Notes: generated from the sequence alone by a model not told the origin. Shown: positions 13,201-26,900, numbered from the whole stretch's first letter. The stretch is 63,766 bases of DNA, filler included, from Cercozoa sp. M6MM (GCA_040357565.1; 10 parts of 10 records of this genome joined end to end with filler, not necessarily neighbours in it); one strand, 5' to 3'. Made by a program: numbers and translations.

Positions 13201-13392
13201 TCTCTAATGGACAGTGTCCAAATCCAGCACGTGATCGACTTTTCCATTTTCTCAGCGAAATGTAACATTGTGGCAATTGTGCTCTTTTGATGAATAATGA
13301 GGATTCAGTTTGGAGAGCAGATTCGGGCGTGCGCGTTGTAGCCTTGTCTTTTCCCAAAAGCGAATTATTAATCTTCTTTTTTGCAGTTGTGG

Positions 13393-13785
13393 CTAGTGTG
13401 CCTCGTCAGTGAACTTCGCTTGTCGAATCTGCCTCTTTTGATTCGACGACGAGGGAATCAAATGATTCAGTTTGGAGAAGCGAAGTTTGACGGCCTGCTG
13501 TGCGTATTGCAGCAAATACACAAAGTCGAGGATGGTCGGCACCTTCTTGTTGCTCCTGTGGTTCTGTTTGATCTCTTCCTTGGTTTTTTGCGTGCGCTCT
13601 GTCGAGGGGGGGGAGGGTAAAATACCCAGCACCTCCGCTCCTCCTCGACGAGCAGCGACGCGCTCGTCGATCTCGCGTCGACGCCTCGTCATCGTCGTTC
13701 TCGCCAAGATACCATCCATCTGCTGCTTCACCTGGTCCAATGGTACCAGCACCGAATCGCGCAACAGGCACACGAGCCACTGCAA
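13393..13785 (-). pseudogene. Paralogous or rearranged copy of exons of the adjacent unknown gene
   Basis: WLVCLLRDSVLVPLDQVKQQMDGILAR duplicates 12625-12706. The frame ends KFTDEAH* at an inversion breakpoint. Confidence 0.45.
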
Positions 13786-14218
13786 AACGAGTGATTTCCT
13801 TTTTTGGTTTTTGGACAAACAAGGGAAAAAGACAAATCTACAACACCGCACGAAAACCACAAATAAGCCACAGCCAAGTTATGGACAGTGTCCAAATTAC
13901 TGTACAGTGTACAGTCCCTAGGACTGATCAACCTTTCAATTTTCTCAATACTGTACAATTGTAAGTTAACATTGATCAATTGCAAACTTCGGACTCGGTT
14001 TTATTATTATCAGCTATTCGGTGATCGACCCGTTTGAAACGGTGAAACCGGAACCGAGCTGTTCTTCGCCCCGTTGGAAGTGTTGTGCTTTGTACTGTAC
14101 CTGTCCAGTACTCCATTGCAGAACTTCTCTAAACTACTTTTCCACATCTGGCGGGGGTGTATTGACAATGTCGCGCCGCAAACCGTGCAGGTATTGTTTT
14201 GCTTGTTTGTTTGTTTGC

Positions 14219-14265
<47 letters not shown>

Positions 14266-14946
14266 NNNNNNNNNNNNNNNNNNNNNNNNNNNNNNNNNNN
14301 NNNNNNNNNTTAATTAATTAANNNNNNNNNNNNNNNNNNNNNNNNNNNNNNNNNNNNNNNNNNNNACAGACGACTGGGTGCTCGCGAGGGTGTGACGCGG
14401 CCGACGGCGACAACGACAGGCAGTGGTGCCAGTGTGACCGATCACGTGACCACCGACGAAGGCAAACCGGCGCGCTCGGACGGTCTCATGTCAGGCGAGC
14501 TGTCCGACCTGGAACGCTGACTCGCGGCCGACTGACCTTGCCTAGCCTCGCCTCCTGTCGCACTGAACTAAATGCGCGCAGTCTTTGTAGGGCTAGCTAT
14601 TTACAGCATACTGGATCGTATGTCCGCGCGGAAGACATTTTTAGACTTTCATACAACCTCCGTCAAGGGAAGATTTTGACGTGTGTTCACTGGTATCCTG
14701 ACCTACACGCAATAACCCAGTTTGATTAGTTCTTTGAGTCTTTTCTGAAACCAACGAAGGAGTTCCCCTGCACCAGTCCGGGGTGGGTGAACCCTGTTTG
14801 CTTCTCTTTATAAATTTTCCGACTACGTGAAAACTAACGCTGTAAATACCGCACTTTAACGCCCTTTCGGGCTTCAAACCTTCAGTTAAGTCCGTTAAAC
14901 TGCCAGCCGGCGGCGTGCACAGTTGATACAAAAATTGACAGCCGGG

Positions 14947-17905
14947 TCAGTCAAGCATCTTGCGTTCCTCCTCTTCCTCAATCTCGCGCACCACGGAGAG
15001 TCCTTCGTCGTCCTGCGTTCCAGACAGCGACACATAAGCAAGCGGACATGAGGGAGGATAATCAAAACGCTAGATGGCACAATCATGGCATCGGGATCGT
15101 AAAGCTGCCGCTGCCGCGCATCGTTCAGTCGCATCGCTGCTTCGGTTTGCCGCTGCTGCTGTTCGAGGTATTTTAAACGAGCAGTGGCCGCCTTTTCGTC
15201 CTGCAGTGCGTGTGAGCTCGTGAACAAACAAAGCTACAAACACACAGGGCATCTCCTCGGTACCAGCAAGGAATGCCCGATGGCGTTGCCTTCGAACGGC
15301 TGCGCCATCTGACGACAGAACGCGCGGACAGTTGAGACTGCTCACGCAACCGACGCTTTCAAATAAACTGAAGAAAAAAGCAAAGCGCACCTGCGGTTTC
15401 GGTGCTGAGACCAGTGTGCTCGAGCGTGATGTATTTCTGAATCCACTTCGGCAGTTTTTCGCGTTTCTCTGGCCGACTGTACCGCGCATCGGCAAAGATC
15501 ATGAGACCGTAGTCGTTCTTGTTGCGAATCACGCGACCCACACACCTGGCGGGCAGTCACACATATGAGAAAAAGTACGCACCACAAGAAGAAGTGAAAG
15601 AAACTGCGAAGCTTGTCGCAAGGCATCAAACGTCATGAATTCCGAATCGCTAAAAAAGAAAGAAATCACAAAGGAAAGAAGAAACGACGGCGAAACTCAC
15701 CTGACACCGTACTCGTTTTGCAAAAAACGCAATCGTTCGCGCAGCACACGCGAAAGCGAGTATTGGAACGGCACCTGGTTTTGCGTTGAAAAACAAAATT
15801 CGGCAAGACTACTCCAAACTGACCAACAAAAAGAAGCAAAATACGCCAAAGAGAACGACAGCTCGACCATAGTGCCCGGCAAAGTCGATGCCTTCAGCCA
15901 CCTTGCCTCGGGCAACCGACAGGAAGATTGCTCCTGTCAGTCATAAAACAAAGATAGTCCCTGGTAAAAACCACAAGACAACTTGGTACCTCTGCCAGAG
16001 TCACAAGCCTTCTTGTACGCATCCAGTGCAAGCAAGGTTTCCACGACGTCCTTAGTTTCCAAAAACAAAAGCTTGCGTTTCTTCAACTCGTGCAGCACGC
16101 CGCTCTGCAAAAATACAAGAATAAAAAAGTAAATACAAACTCCGAAACAAGCCGAACCTCGTGCCACGCCGCAACGACGTGCTCGAGGTACGAGTACGAC
16201 ACAAAGAAAGCAACGATGCCGTCCGGCACACTGCGTGATAGGTCCAGTAGCAATTCACCTACAAGCAATGATATTCTTGCTTAAAGGGGGTGCGAACAGA
16301 AAACCTAATACCAAAATTGCGCAACACTGCAGCATCGTGTCGCACTTGAAAGCGTGTCGAAATCGGCACTTGGTCCTTTGTGTATCACCAGGAAACTCGA
16401 GGCGCAGAAAGCAAAAGCGAAAAATTTTGGGAGATACCTTGCCTTTCGACACCAGCAGTGGACAGATACACTCGCGAGGTAACGTCGGGTCGAACGATCT
16501 GCTCGATTGGATAAAAAAAGAGTGTACGCACACTAACCGAGTGATGTACTTGAGTTTCGCAACGTTCAGTCTCAAGATTTGCGGGTAAAACTCGAGTGGA
16601 CTCAACGTTCCTGTTAAATAGAAATGAAGCATCGCATAGGTCGTGAAAGCTATCGATGGTACCGCTGGTGATGACCACATTATGAAAGCGCTCCGAAACA
16701 GCACTCATTGCGATTGATGCATCCAAGCAGCTGCAAAAAACTTGAATGCGAAAGCTATCAGTCGTCAAGTGTAAGCTGTTTACCACAGCTGAAGCACAGG
16801 ATCCGGCACGTCAGGAACACTAAAAAGAACAAGCGATACGATTAAAGACACAATCAAGGCAAGCAAAAGAAAACTTACCGATCATCAAACGGCTCCATGA
16901 GAACGCAAAAGCCGCGATCGTAGGCCGAGCTAATTCAACACAAGTTTCGTCGCAGCTTTCGAACAGTCAAACCAAAGAAATTACACGAGTGCAGCGAACT
17001 GAGTGACATAGGTCAAACTGCGAAACTTTTCCGTTTCTGTGATCTGCAAACACAATAGAAAGACGATCAACTAACTTGATATCCAGTCAGAGGAAGCCAA
17101 AAGCTGTCAAAGCTACCTCGAGTGTACGCATCAACAAGTTGAGTCGTTCGTGCACGAAACGCAGCGCGCGCGTTTGGCCTTCATCTTGCGCCTGAACGCT
17201 TAAAACTTGACGCAATGACGAAACACACTATAGCGAAAGAAAAAGACTCACGGTGGCTTTTCGCAGAGTTTTCACGAAGTCTGATGGCGTTTGAGTGAAC
17301 TAACTCGACACAACTTGGTCAACCAAAAGCAAAGTTTGGTTTGGCGAATAATACCACAATTTGTTCCGAAAGACGCTGTTTGAAGTGCTCCACCAGCACC
17401 GACAAAAAACGCAGGAAGTTACGCGTCTGCCAAACAGTACAAAGAATCGAGTAGGATGAGAACAAGCTGTTTAAGAGAACCTTTCGAATGTTGCCAGGCA
17501 GACACTCTTTCATCAGCGCGAGATCTCTAAAGAGCAAAAGGGCCAAATGAATCTTACTCTGTCAAACAGAAAACTCGCAAAAGCTACTTCGGAAGCAGTG
17601 GCGACGGAACGGCCTGCTCCTTCCGTTCATTGCTTTTACTGCATACATGCACTCAAACTTTAAGAATATTGTCAGAAAGTATCCGTACGTGCTTTTGAGG
17701 TCCTTTAGAAGCGACTTGTACGCATCTGCAGCAGATTAAACTTTATTTGTGAATTTTCGATCGAATTTGTGAGAAACGCAAGCTGAAGAAACGTAGCTGT
17801 CTGATTGGAACTAACCCTGCAACTTGCGGATATCCGTGTCTTCCGCGTGTTTTGCTTTCTCTCGCAGCGTCTACAAACAGCTCACAGGTTGTCGAGACAA
17901 CTGCG
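14947..17905 (-). CDS. XPD: TFIIH helicase XPD/ERCC2/Rad3 (5'-partial)
   Basis: Spliced motifs [88 protein letters not shown] and KLPKWI. Confidence 0.97.
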
Positions 17906-18049
17906 ACTGAAAGCAAAAGACAAAAGCAAAAGCGAAAGCAAAAAAAAAANNNNNNNNNNNNNNNNNNNNNNNNNNNNNNNNNNNNNNNNNNNNTTAATTA
18001 ATTAANNNNNNNNNNNNNNNNNNNNNNNNNNNNNNNNNNNNNNNNNNNN

Positions 18050-18102
<53 letters not shown>

Positions 18103-18109
18103 TTGGAAT

Positions 18110-20844
18110 TACAGTCAAACAAGAGCTGTCGGAGCTGACGCGTATCTTTATGAAGGCAGACCGTCCCCCGTTGGGACCTTCAGTTTGCTGAAGTGCAGAC
18201 CCGTCGGATAAGTGAGCATAGATTGGAGTGGGTTTTAGTTCATTCGGTACCTCGAGTCTAACTGCGGTATCTGAAGCTTCGTCTCGCGTAAACTACAATC
18301 CCGGGTAGTGTAAATCCTGGCGCAAGCTCCAACAAAAACTGATTGTAAATTTACCTGAACGAGAGTAGAGTCGAACAGGGGCACAGGCAGCTCACGATCA
18401 AAGCTCACGAGCATCTGCACTCGCGTCTTGTTGCTCGGAACCGGACCTTGATCCCCATTGAGGAAGTCGATGAGCGCGCTTTCACCCGGCACTGGTCTTT
18501 GCAGAAGAACGAGCGGCTCGAGACGAGTTTTTTGTTTTTGCGGGCCCTCCGGATTCACGGACACTAGCGCAAATCTTGTTGGACGGGCACGAAAGAGGAC
18601 ATAGAAACTGCACAGTCATACAGTCAAGGCAGAGACGTTTTTCCGCAGGAAACTGTCAGAAATGTTGTTACGTGTATGGGTTCGCGAACTGCCATTGACG
18701 GTCCAGAGAAGATTGGGCTGGTCGTCGCGGTGCATTGGGTGCCACAGCTTCGATGAAAGCGCAAGGTTGCACGCTTGCAGTACCATACTCTACAGAGTGT
18801 GCAAACAGGGGTGGTAACATGTTGCATGTTGCAGTTGACCCAGTTAAATTGGCGAATTTTCGCTGTACCCTCGATCGAGAGCTCCTTGCCTACAGGTGGG
18901 CCAGAAGTGAAGTTGTTTCGCCCGATGAAAGCTTCATCGCCGACGATTTCGATGCGGGCGGGACACGTGTCAGCCGGTATAACTCTCGAGACGATCCCCG
19001 GAGTGCGTCTTTGTGCACTGGTACCGACAAAACGAGATGTCCGATCCATTCGCATGCACGGCGCCAGGGATGAAGCCGCACGCTGTTCCTCCAATTCGAA
19101 GATGTCGGTTGCTTCATCTAGTGAAAATTTAAACTCAAAGCTGCGTCAGAGTATACTACCGGGTTATCCACCATGACCAACTGAAAATGTACCTGAACCG
19201 CTGAGGGCTTTGTCGACAATTGGGAGGCAAACCTGAGCGTGTATTCGACGTCCTTGAAGCGGATGCAGAGAACTTTGTGGGATGTCAGACACCAAGGTAT
19301 GAAGCACCATGCGCCTGTAAAGAAACCCAACCGCAGGGAATTTATTCGATAACTTTTCAGTCTGATAAGGTAAGTTGCAGTTCATGTAAAGGAAGATACG
19401 AGGCACCGACAAGCATGGCTTCAAGAGGGGAGAACCCGTCATTGCGCAGAATGTCGTCCACCGTAACTTGAGCCATCAAACGGTTTCTAAATTTACTCAT
19501 AGTCATGACGTACGCATAGAGATAACACGCTGGATGGGTTACATTAAAGTCAGTTTTAGTAAAATTTACAAATTAAAGATATTGTAAAGTTACACAGAAA
19601 AGACGGACGTCGTGTTTGCTATCGCCCAAGGGAAATCTGTTGGCAGAAGGTGTTGTGAATTCGAGCCGGGCTGGTGAAGGTAAGTTTAAGGTCCACCAGA
19701 GATGAAGTCGAACGGAATGTTCGGATCCACGTTGTTGTCAGAACCCGCCAGTAAAGCTCGGGGTCGGGCTGCGTCCAATGTTCTGTAAAGGGATATGACA
19801 AACATAGAGACGAGAGACTTGAATGTCTGCACGCACCTGACCGAGAGATTTAGAGAAGAGCTAAATACAAACTTACAAGGACATTCGAAGACTCCGGTCG
19901 GCTCGTGACACAGCAGCAGTACCCGGGTAAATGCAGGTACTTCTGGCACACCGGGCCTCGACGTCAATTAAAGCGAGCTGCTGTGCTGTGCAGTCAATAA
20001 ATATTATATTACAAGACACAGGAATGCACGCCGTTTCACTAGAACTGGAGAGGTTTCATACTAGTAGATACTACAGACTGTAACACTACTGTAAGTTTAC
20101 CTTTGCTGAATTGCGTCAAGCGCTCCATGAAGAAATTCTAAAATAAATTTACAAACTGAACATTCACGGTATCACAGGTGCACTGCACAGTTAATGACAG
20201 GGATAGGATCATACGAGTTTGTCTTCTTTGCTTGAATAGAGAAACGCGTCTTGACAATCCTCATGCGCGCGGCATTGGCCTCCTGCCAGGCACCATTGAC
20301 TCGGTCCGCACACCATTGGTGCTACATTACATTAGGTGCGAAGTCACTTGAGCTGGTGCATCGGCTGATCATGGGATTCAGGAACTGTTTTTGAGTACCT
20401 TGAGTGCTGCTATAGACACAGTCGGCATCTACGGCACAAGAGTCCAACGCAGAGCAATACCCTGACGTCAAACACCACAACTGTGGCGAAAAACACTGCC
20501 CATGGGGACGGAAGGAAATGTAACTACAGTACCGACACGGTTCCAACTTGTACCAGGTAAATGCGGTATAAGTTGTTGTACTGAAACAAAGCGGTTTCTG
20601 GGATCACAACTTTGCTTTTCGCACTGATTTACAATACAAACCAGGCCGGCATTGCACTCGTCTGATTTCTGACACACATCCCCCTCGCCCTTTTTAGGTA
20701 CTGGCGTCACCTGCACTCAAAAACACGTGTATACACGGTGTAGTGAAACGACCTCCACCCAAGCATTTAGTGACTGCAAATTACCTGACCTTGCGTCGCC
20801 TGCAGCCACAAAAACGTAAACAGTCGGATCGCACCACAGGGCAT
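18110..20844 (-). CDS. Large secreted or surface protein with N-terminal Cys-rich repeats (3'-partial)
   Basis: Signal-like MPCGAIRLFTFLWLQATQG, then modules CQKSDECNAGLVCIVNQC, CLTSGYCSALDSCAVDADC and CGPSQWCLAGGQCRAHEDC. Downstream exon frames are uncertain. Confidence 0.5.
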
Positions 20845-21159
20845 CGTCAACTCAAGCGAACGAACAACAGAAACCAACGGCAGCCGCTCGCTCCATGCAC
20901 TTTGAAGCCACGGGTCGTTCTATCTACCTCTAAACTACACAGCAATGGCGTTTTTTGAAAAAATGCGAAACCCCGCTGGAATTCTGTGACGACAGCGCAG
21001 ATGCGCAACCAAGCAAACGAAAAAAAGTACGGTGAGCGAGGAACAGGACGTTCGTTTTACCGTTACTGTGCACTTGGCAATTGCAACAGAGCTGGAACCA
21101 ACTGACTTGGGCCCGGCAACGAATGACGTGAACGCCGCGGCAGAAATTGAATTCGATTA

Positions 21160-21265
21160 ACGGTGAGCAACGCAAACTGAAACGCAACGAAACTGCAATT
21201 GCCAAGTGCAGCAACCGAACGTAACTTACGGTGAGCAACGCAAACTGAAACGCAACGAAACTGCA
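21160..21265. repeat. 38-bp direct repeat x2 just downstream of the PRELI stop
   Basis: ACGGTGAGCAACGCAAACTGAAACGCAACGAAACTGCA at 21160-21197 and 21228-21265. Confidence 0.9.
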
Positions 21266-21286
21266 GACGAGGAAAACGGTTCGATA

Positions 21287-22240
21287 TTACTGCTGAGAGA
21301 AATCCAGCTTGACAGGCGTGTTGAAGTCGAAGCGCAGTTGTGTGAAGTCCCTGAACTCGTCAAAGGCATTTTCGGCTTCAAACAGAAACTGACGACTTCC
21401 ATCGGCGAGATCCTCACAAAGAGACTCCATCACAGACAGTCCTGCAGAACACAACCAATCCTCGAAAAAAAGGCGACTGATTCAATGCGTATACCTTTCT
21501 GAGCTTGTTGCGAGATTCGCGCCAAAGAGAACTTCTCAACTCGAGAGGACAACAGGCCAGCAAAGGCGCGTATTCTTGCCGTCTGGCGGTACTGTGTCCA
21601 TTCGCTGTTTTCCTGCAAGTGGGGAGTGAAGAACGGAAATGCACGGACTTCGGGAACAGCGGAAGGATACATGTGGCGTGTACTCGCACACTTCCTCAAT
21701 TGAGAAAATCGAGTCAAAGCTGAGATTCCGCGATGAAACAATCAACTTTTGCTTGGCGATATCTGTGCAAGTCGGGATGAACAAAACACTGGAAGCGAGA
21801 ACTGCCATGTTCGTGTTTTACCGAGCAAGGAGACTTCGCAAGCGACAACGCCTCCACCAAGGCCGAGTGTACGTGCCCAGCCAGGCACGGCAGACACACA
21901 GGTAATAACTCGCGACGACGTTAGCGTTTGCTTGAGCGCATCGAACTTTCGCTCGAACAGGTCCGACTGCTTCACGCTACCAAGTGAAACCATCAGAGCA
22001 AAGAAGTCGAATACAGCCACCAACAAAACAAAGACAGAAACTGTACTGCTCAGCGCTAGAATTCGGGTATTTCTGCAACCACGCTGAGACCACGCGCTGC
22101 CATGGATGTCTGCGCGATCAAACACCACCATCCGAGGGCACAGAATCACCCCGAAAAATGCGCGCAGTTCGCTGATCGCTTATTCGATCAGTCCGCAGAT
22201 TGCTAAGTTACCTGTAAACGTGCTCCTGGGCAAATTCCAT
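21287..22240 (-). CDS. PRELI/MSF1-domain mitochondrial lipid-transfer protein (Ups2/PRELID3-like)
   Basis: Spliced MEFAQEHVYRHPWQRVVSAWLQKYPNS...VKQSDLFERK...SRNLSFDSIFSIEEVCEYTPH..NSEWTQYRQTARI. Confidence 0.88.
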
Positions 22241-22480
22241 GCTCTTAATACCAGATAAGTACACCAAGCACTAAGCAAAACTCTTATTCGTTAAGAGTCT
22301 TGCGAATTTATGCCATTGGCTCACACGATCCGAATCTGAGCCCGAAATTTCGATTTTAGTGAACACCTGTCTGTCCGCCAAGTGTACGTGTGTGCTCGCA
22401 GCGAAACATCGGACACTGTAGTGCTCGATACGCTGGTCGAAGGAATTAGTTTTTCTTTTGGCCCACCACAGAACCAACAA

Positions 22481-23879
22481 ATGCCGGTGTTGGACGCTGC
22501 CGAGCTCGCTGAGCTGTTCCTGCGTGATGATGTGGCCAACGATTGGGAGGAACAGGTCGCTCGCGCGCCCTACTCGCTCAGAACGTACAATATCTTTCTC
22601 GATTGGCAAGAGTATCCACAATTCGGTTTTGTGTTCTGCTTTTAGTTGGCTGCGTTACGCCGAGGCCGTGGAGGTAGCCTTAGTTTCCTCGTCTGTCATT
22701 TGTGAAATACGCTGACGCGTTGTACAGGCTGCGTCATCGGATGCGGCGCTCCGAATCTATGTGTACGAGCGTGCCTTGCAGTTCCTGCCGCGCAGTTACA
22801 AGCTGGTGCGTCTCCCAGTGTCTCCTACTGTATCTTGATGTGATCCCTAATGTGTGCTTTACATAGTGGATGCGTTACCTGCGATACCGCAAGAGTCGCT
22901 GGTATGTCTGTTGATGTGTGTTTAGTCTAGCGGGTGGTTTTTATGTACCTCCGTGTTTGAGTGCAGTGCGAAACTGTGCCTCACCGACAACGAATTCGAA
23001 GAGACCAACCACGCGTTCGAACGCGCCCTGTTGCACTTGTCTAAAATGCCTCGTGTCTGGTACACCAGTACGCTACGATTGTCACCTAGTGCTATTCCTC
23101 CCCTGGGTAGGCTGGAGTATGCCGACTTTTTGGAGTTCCAGTGTCGTGTCACTCGCTGCCGTCGCGTCTACGACCGGTTTGGCCTGTCCATACCATTCTC
23201 ACCTGTCTGTGACTGTCCCTGTGTATCCCTATCTGCATCTACAGCTGCCTGCAAGCACTGCCGATCACACAGCATGCGCGCATCTGGCCGCAGCTGCTCC
23301 GCTTTGTCGAGCGCGTCGGCTACGGCGCTTCGCTGAAACGCGTACCCTTCCGCGCGGATAGCTGAGTGTCACTTGAGAGACTGACCCGTTGAGGTACGGT
23401 CTGTGTTTGTGTGGGCAGAAGAAGGGACCGAAGATGACAGTGTCGGGCGAGCGACCGACGTGTCCCAAAACGGCGCGAGCCGTGTACGCGCGCTACGTGC
23501 AGCTTCGACCGGAGGACTGCGCGCGTTTCTCCAAGCTGCTGCGTCGCATCGGCGACTACGACGGTGCCGCGCTCCTGTTGGCACGTGCTGTTGGTACCCC
23601 CTGTCACGTGTTTGACTGGTGATAAACGTGCATGTGTCACCTGGTGTGTCTGTGTCTGTGTGACCCAGGTGTCGGTAACCACGAGGTCATTGTTGGCGCC
23701 GACGGTTCGCTGAGCGCGCCCGTGCTGCTCAAGGTGAACACCAAGCACGCCGTCGACTGGTCGCTCGAGGGCCAGGACGCTGCCAAGAAGGGCAAGAAGA
23801 AGGGCGACCAGAAGAATGCCGGCTACCAGGGAGCTGACAAGTCGGCCGAGGAGGCGGTGCATATGCATATATTATATTA

Positions 23880-23929
<50 letters not shown>

Positions 23930-26900
23930 TACACTGTACTACAGAAGGAGCAGCAAGAGAAGCAGCGCAAGCTGTGGCACGAACTCTGCACACTGTCGGT
24001 ACAGATGGACATGCATGCAATGCTTGTAGCCACATATGTGTACGTGCACAGGTCCGCCACGCACACAGAATCCGCTCGGTCGACGTGGCCGCCTTGCTTC
24101 GCAGCGCCATCGAGAACAGTGGTACAACACGCTGTGTGCTAGGTGGGGGAGGGGTCATGTCTGCATCCGCGCGGATCTAGGTGCCGAGCAAGCGGGTGAC
24201 GTTGGTGACCTCTGGGTGGCCTTGGCCGACTACCACGTGCGTCTGGCGCAGTTCGAAGTGGCACGTGGTACCTCCGTCCTCTGCCGTCTGGTCTAAGCTG
24301 GTCGTGGTGCCACTGTGTGTCTGTGTGAACAGGCGTGTTCGAGGAGGCACTGCAGTCGGTGTCGTCGGTGCGCGCACTGGCGACAGTGTTCGACGCCTAC
24401 ACGGAGTTCGAGGAGGCACGTGTGTCGGCCAAGCTGCAGGACGCTGAGGAACAAGAAGACACCGAGGGTACTTTCTGTTGCCTTAAACAAGGCTGCGTCC
24501 AGATGGACCGTTGTTTGTCCTTGTACCGTTGTTTGTACCGTTGTTTGTATCGTTGTTTGTACCGCTGTGTCAGTGGCCGAAACCGACATTCTGGCCGCCG
24601 ATGATGTCGACATGCATATGGACCGTTTGGACCACCTGCTGCAGCGCCGTCCTCTCCTCGTGTCCTCTGTACAGGTAGCCTGCACCCTGTCTGCTACCCT
24701 ACCTTTTACCCCTACTCCCCCCTTGTGGCTACAGTTGCGACAGCGACCCAACAGCATCGATCACTGGCGTCGTCGCGCCGAAATATTCAAGCAGAAGGAC
24801 GACGCTGTCAATGTCGTTCGCACCTACGCTCAGGCGCTGCGGTATCTCTTTACCCCCCTACCCCTCCCCTTTACCCCCTACCCTTTACCCCCTTTGCACC
24901 TGTCCCTTAACCCCCTGTGTTCAGTGCATTGAGCGAAGACGCCGAGTCGGCAGCGAGAGCGGAACCGCGCGGTGCTTTGCCGCTGCTGTGGACTGAGTTG
25001 GCACGGTACGTTTCGGACCTGGTCCTGTACACAGTCCAGTTGGACCGTACATATCACATATGCGCAGGTACTACGAGGACAATGGCTCCTACGAGGAGGC
25101 ACGGCAGGTGCTCGAACGCGCCGTGGAAGCGCCGTTCGCAACGACTAACGAACTCTGTGTCGTGGTACTTTTTACCCCCCCATCCCCTTACCCCCTACCC
25201 CTTACACCTACCCCTTACACCTTTGCCCTTACCCCTACCCCTTACACCTTTGCCCTTACACTACTCCCTTATCTGTTTGCCCTTGNNNNNNNNNNNNNNN
25301 NNNNNNNNNNNNNNNNNNNNNNNNNNNNNNNNNNNNNNNNNNNNNNNNNNNNNNNNNNNNNNNNNNNNNNNNNNNNNNNNNNNNNCTTCCACACGCGCTG
25401 CTTGATGGGGTTCGTTTTCCCCCCCCCCCCCCCCCGTTACCCCGACCATCTATTCTGTAGAACGCGGGCAAGCGCGCCTTGGAGGTGGCGCGACGTGCGT
25501 GTGCACTGCCGCCTGACCATATTGTCCGACAGGTACAATAGACTTGTACAACAGACTTGTACAACAGACCTGGTCCGTTTGTACTGGGTATATGGACGTG
25601 TTGCTGGACAGGGCATGCGACTGTCGGGCTTTGCGGCGACGGTGCCGATCAAGCAGCGCGTGTGGAAGGAGCTGCGTCTGTGGACACTGCTGGCCGATCT
25701 GGAGGAGTCGTTCGGCACACTGGACACCACACGTGCCGTCTATGACACTGGTACCAACTGGACCACTGACTGGACTGCCTGGACTGGACTGGACCACTGA
25801 CTGGACTCACTGGACTGGACTGATACTCCATGTGTATGTGCAGTCATGTCGCTCCGTCTGGCAACGCCGCAGCTCGTGTTGAACTACGCGCGTCTGCTGC
25901 TGACTCGGTACCCTCCTTCCTGCAGCCTTAGCTGTGAAACGTGTCGTACAAACAGACCGATTGATATGCCATAACATTGTAGCCGGTTCTTTGACGACGC
26001 GTTCAGCGTGCTCGAGCGCGGTGTCTCGTTGTTCCCGTTCCCGCACAACCTGTTGCTGTACAAGGTGCGCTCGACCTTGTGTCCTCCCCTGTGTCTGTGT
26101 CTGTGTCTGTGTGTTTGTGTCTTGTGTGTGTGTATGACCTCCTCTCTGTGTGCAGACATACCTGCAGCACTTTGTTCAACGCTACGGCAGCACGGACGCC
26201 GGTGCCAAGAACCACGAGCGTGTGCGCCAGTTGTTCCGTCAGGTAGACCCATCATCCTACCAGCACTATCAACATACACAGTGCCTGGTAAGCACGCTTG
26301 TTTCTGCAAAGGCACTGCACGCGATCCCGTCTCTCGAGAGCGCCGACGACAACCATTCGCAGCAGAGCGCCGTCAGCAAGGCACTCGGCGAGGTCAGGTA
26401 GATGACCCCCCGCCCCCTTGCCTTGGTAGATACATGGTTCATGCGATCGCAGCAAGACCAAGGCCGAACGTCGACAGGAGATTACGACGGCAGTGCGCGA
26501 GGTACCTGTCCTGTCTCTTTGTGTATACTTGCATATGTGTATGTGTGTGTGTATGATTACAGCTGGTGGGCGAGTTCGTCGCGTTTGAGGAGTCGCTTGT
26601 GGAGGGCGCTGGCGACGGCGTGACGACGCGACAGGCGCTGGACGTGCTGAAGCAGGGCGCTATGCGACTGCGTGCTCGCGATCGACTCGACATGATCAAG
26701 GTGCGCCTTCTCTTTGGCCTTATTGCTTCCTTCTCATTGCTTCCTTCTCATTGCTTCCTTCTCATTGCTTCCTTCTCATTGCTTCCTTCCCATTGCTTCC
26801 TCCTTAATGTTTAAACCCAACTGCACGCTGTGACAGGTGCTAGCACACAAGACGGCAGCGTGCCGAGGCATTGTCGCCGCGCGCAGGTACGTCCCAGCAG

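Noticed and set aside
14947-17905. Possible non-canonical (non GT-AG) introns
   Set aside because: The junctions I reconstructed in XPD, NAA20, SYF1, AP3B and ANKRD13 were all GT-AG.
21160-21265. 38-bp repeats with a 30-bp spacer resembling a mini-CRISPR
   Set aside because: Only two copies, in a eukaryotic 3' region, with no cas genes.
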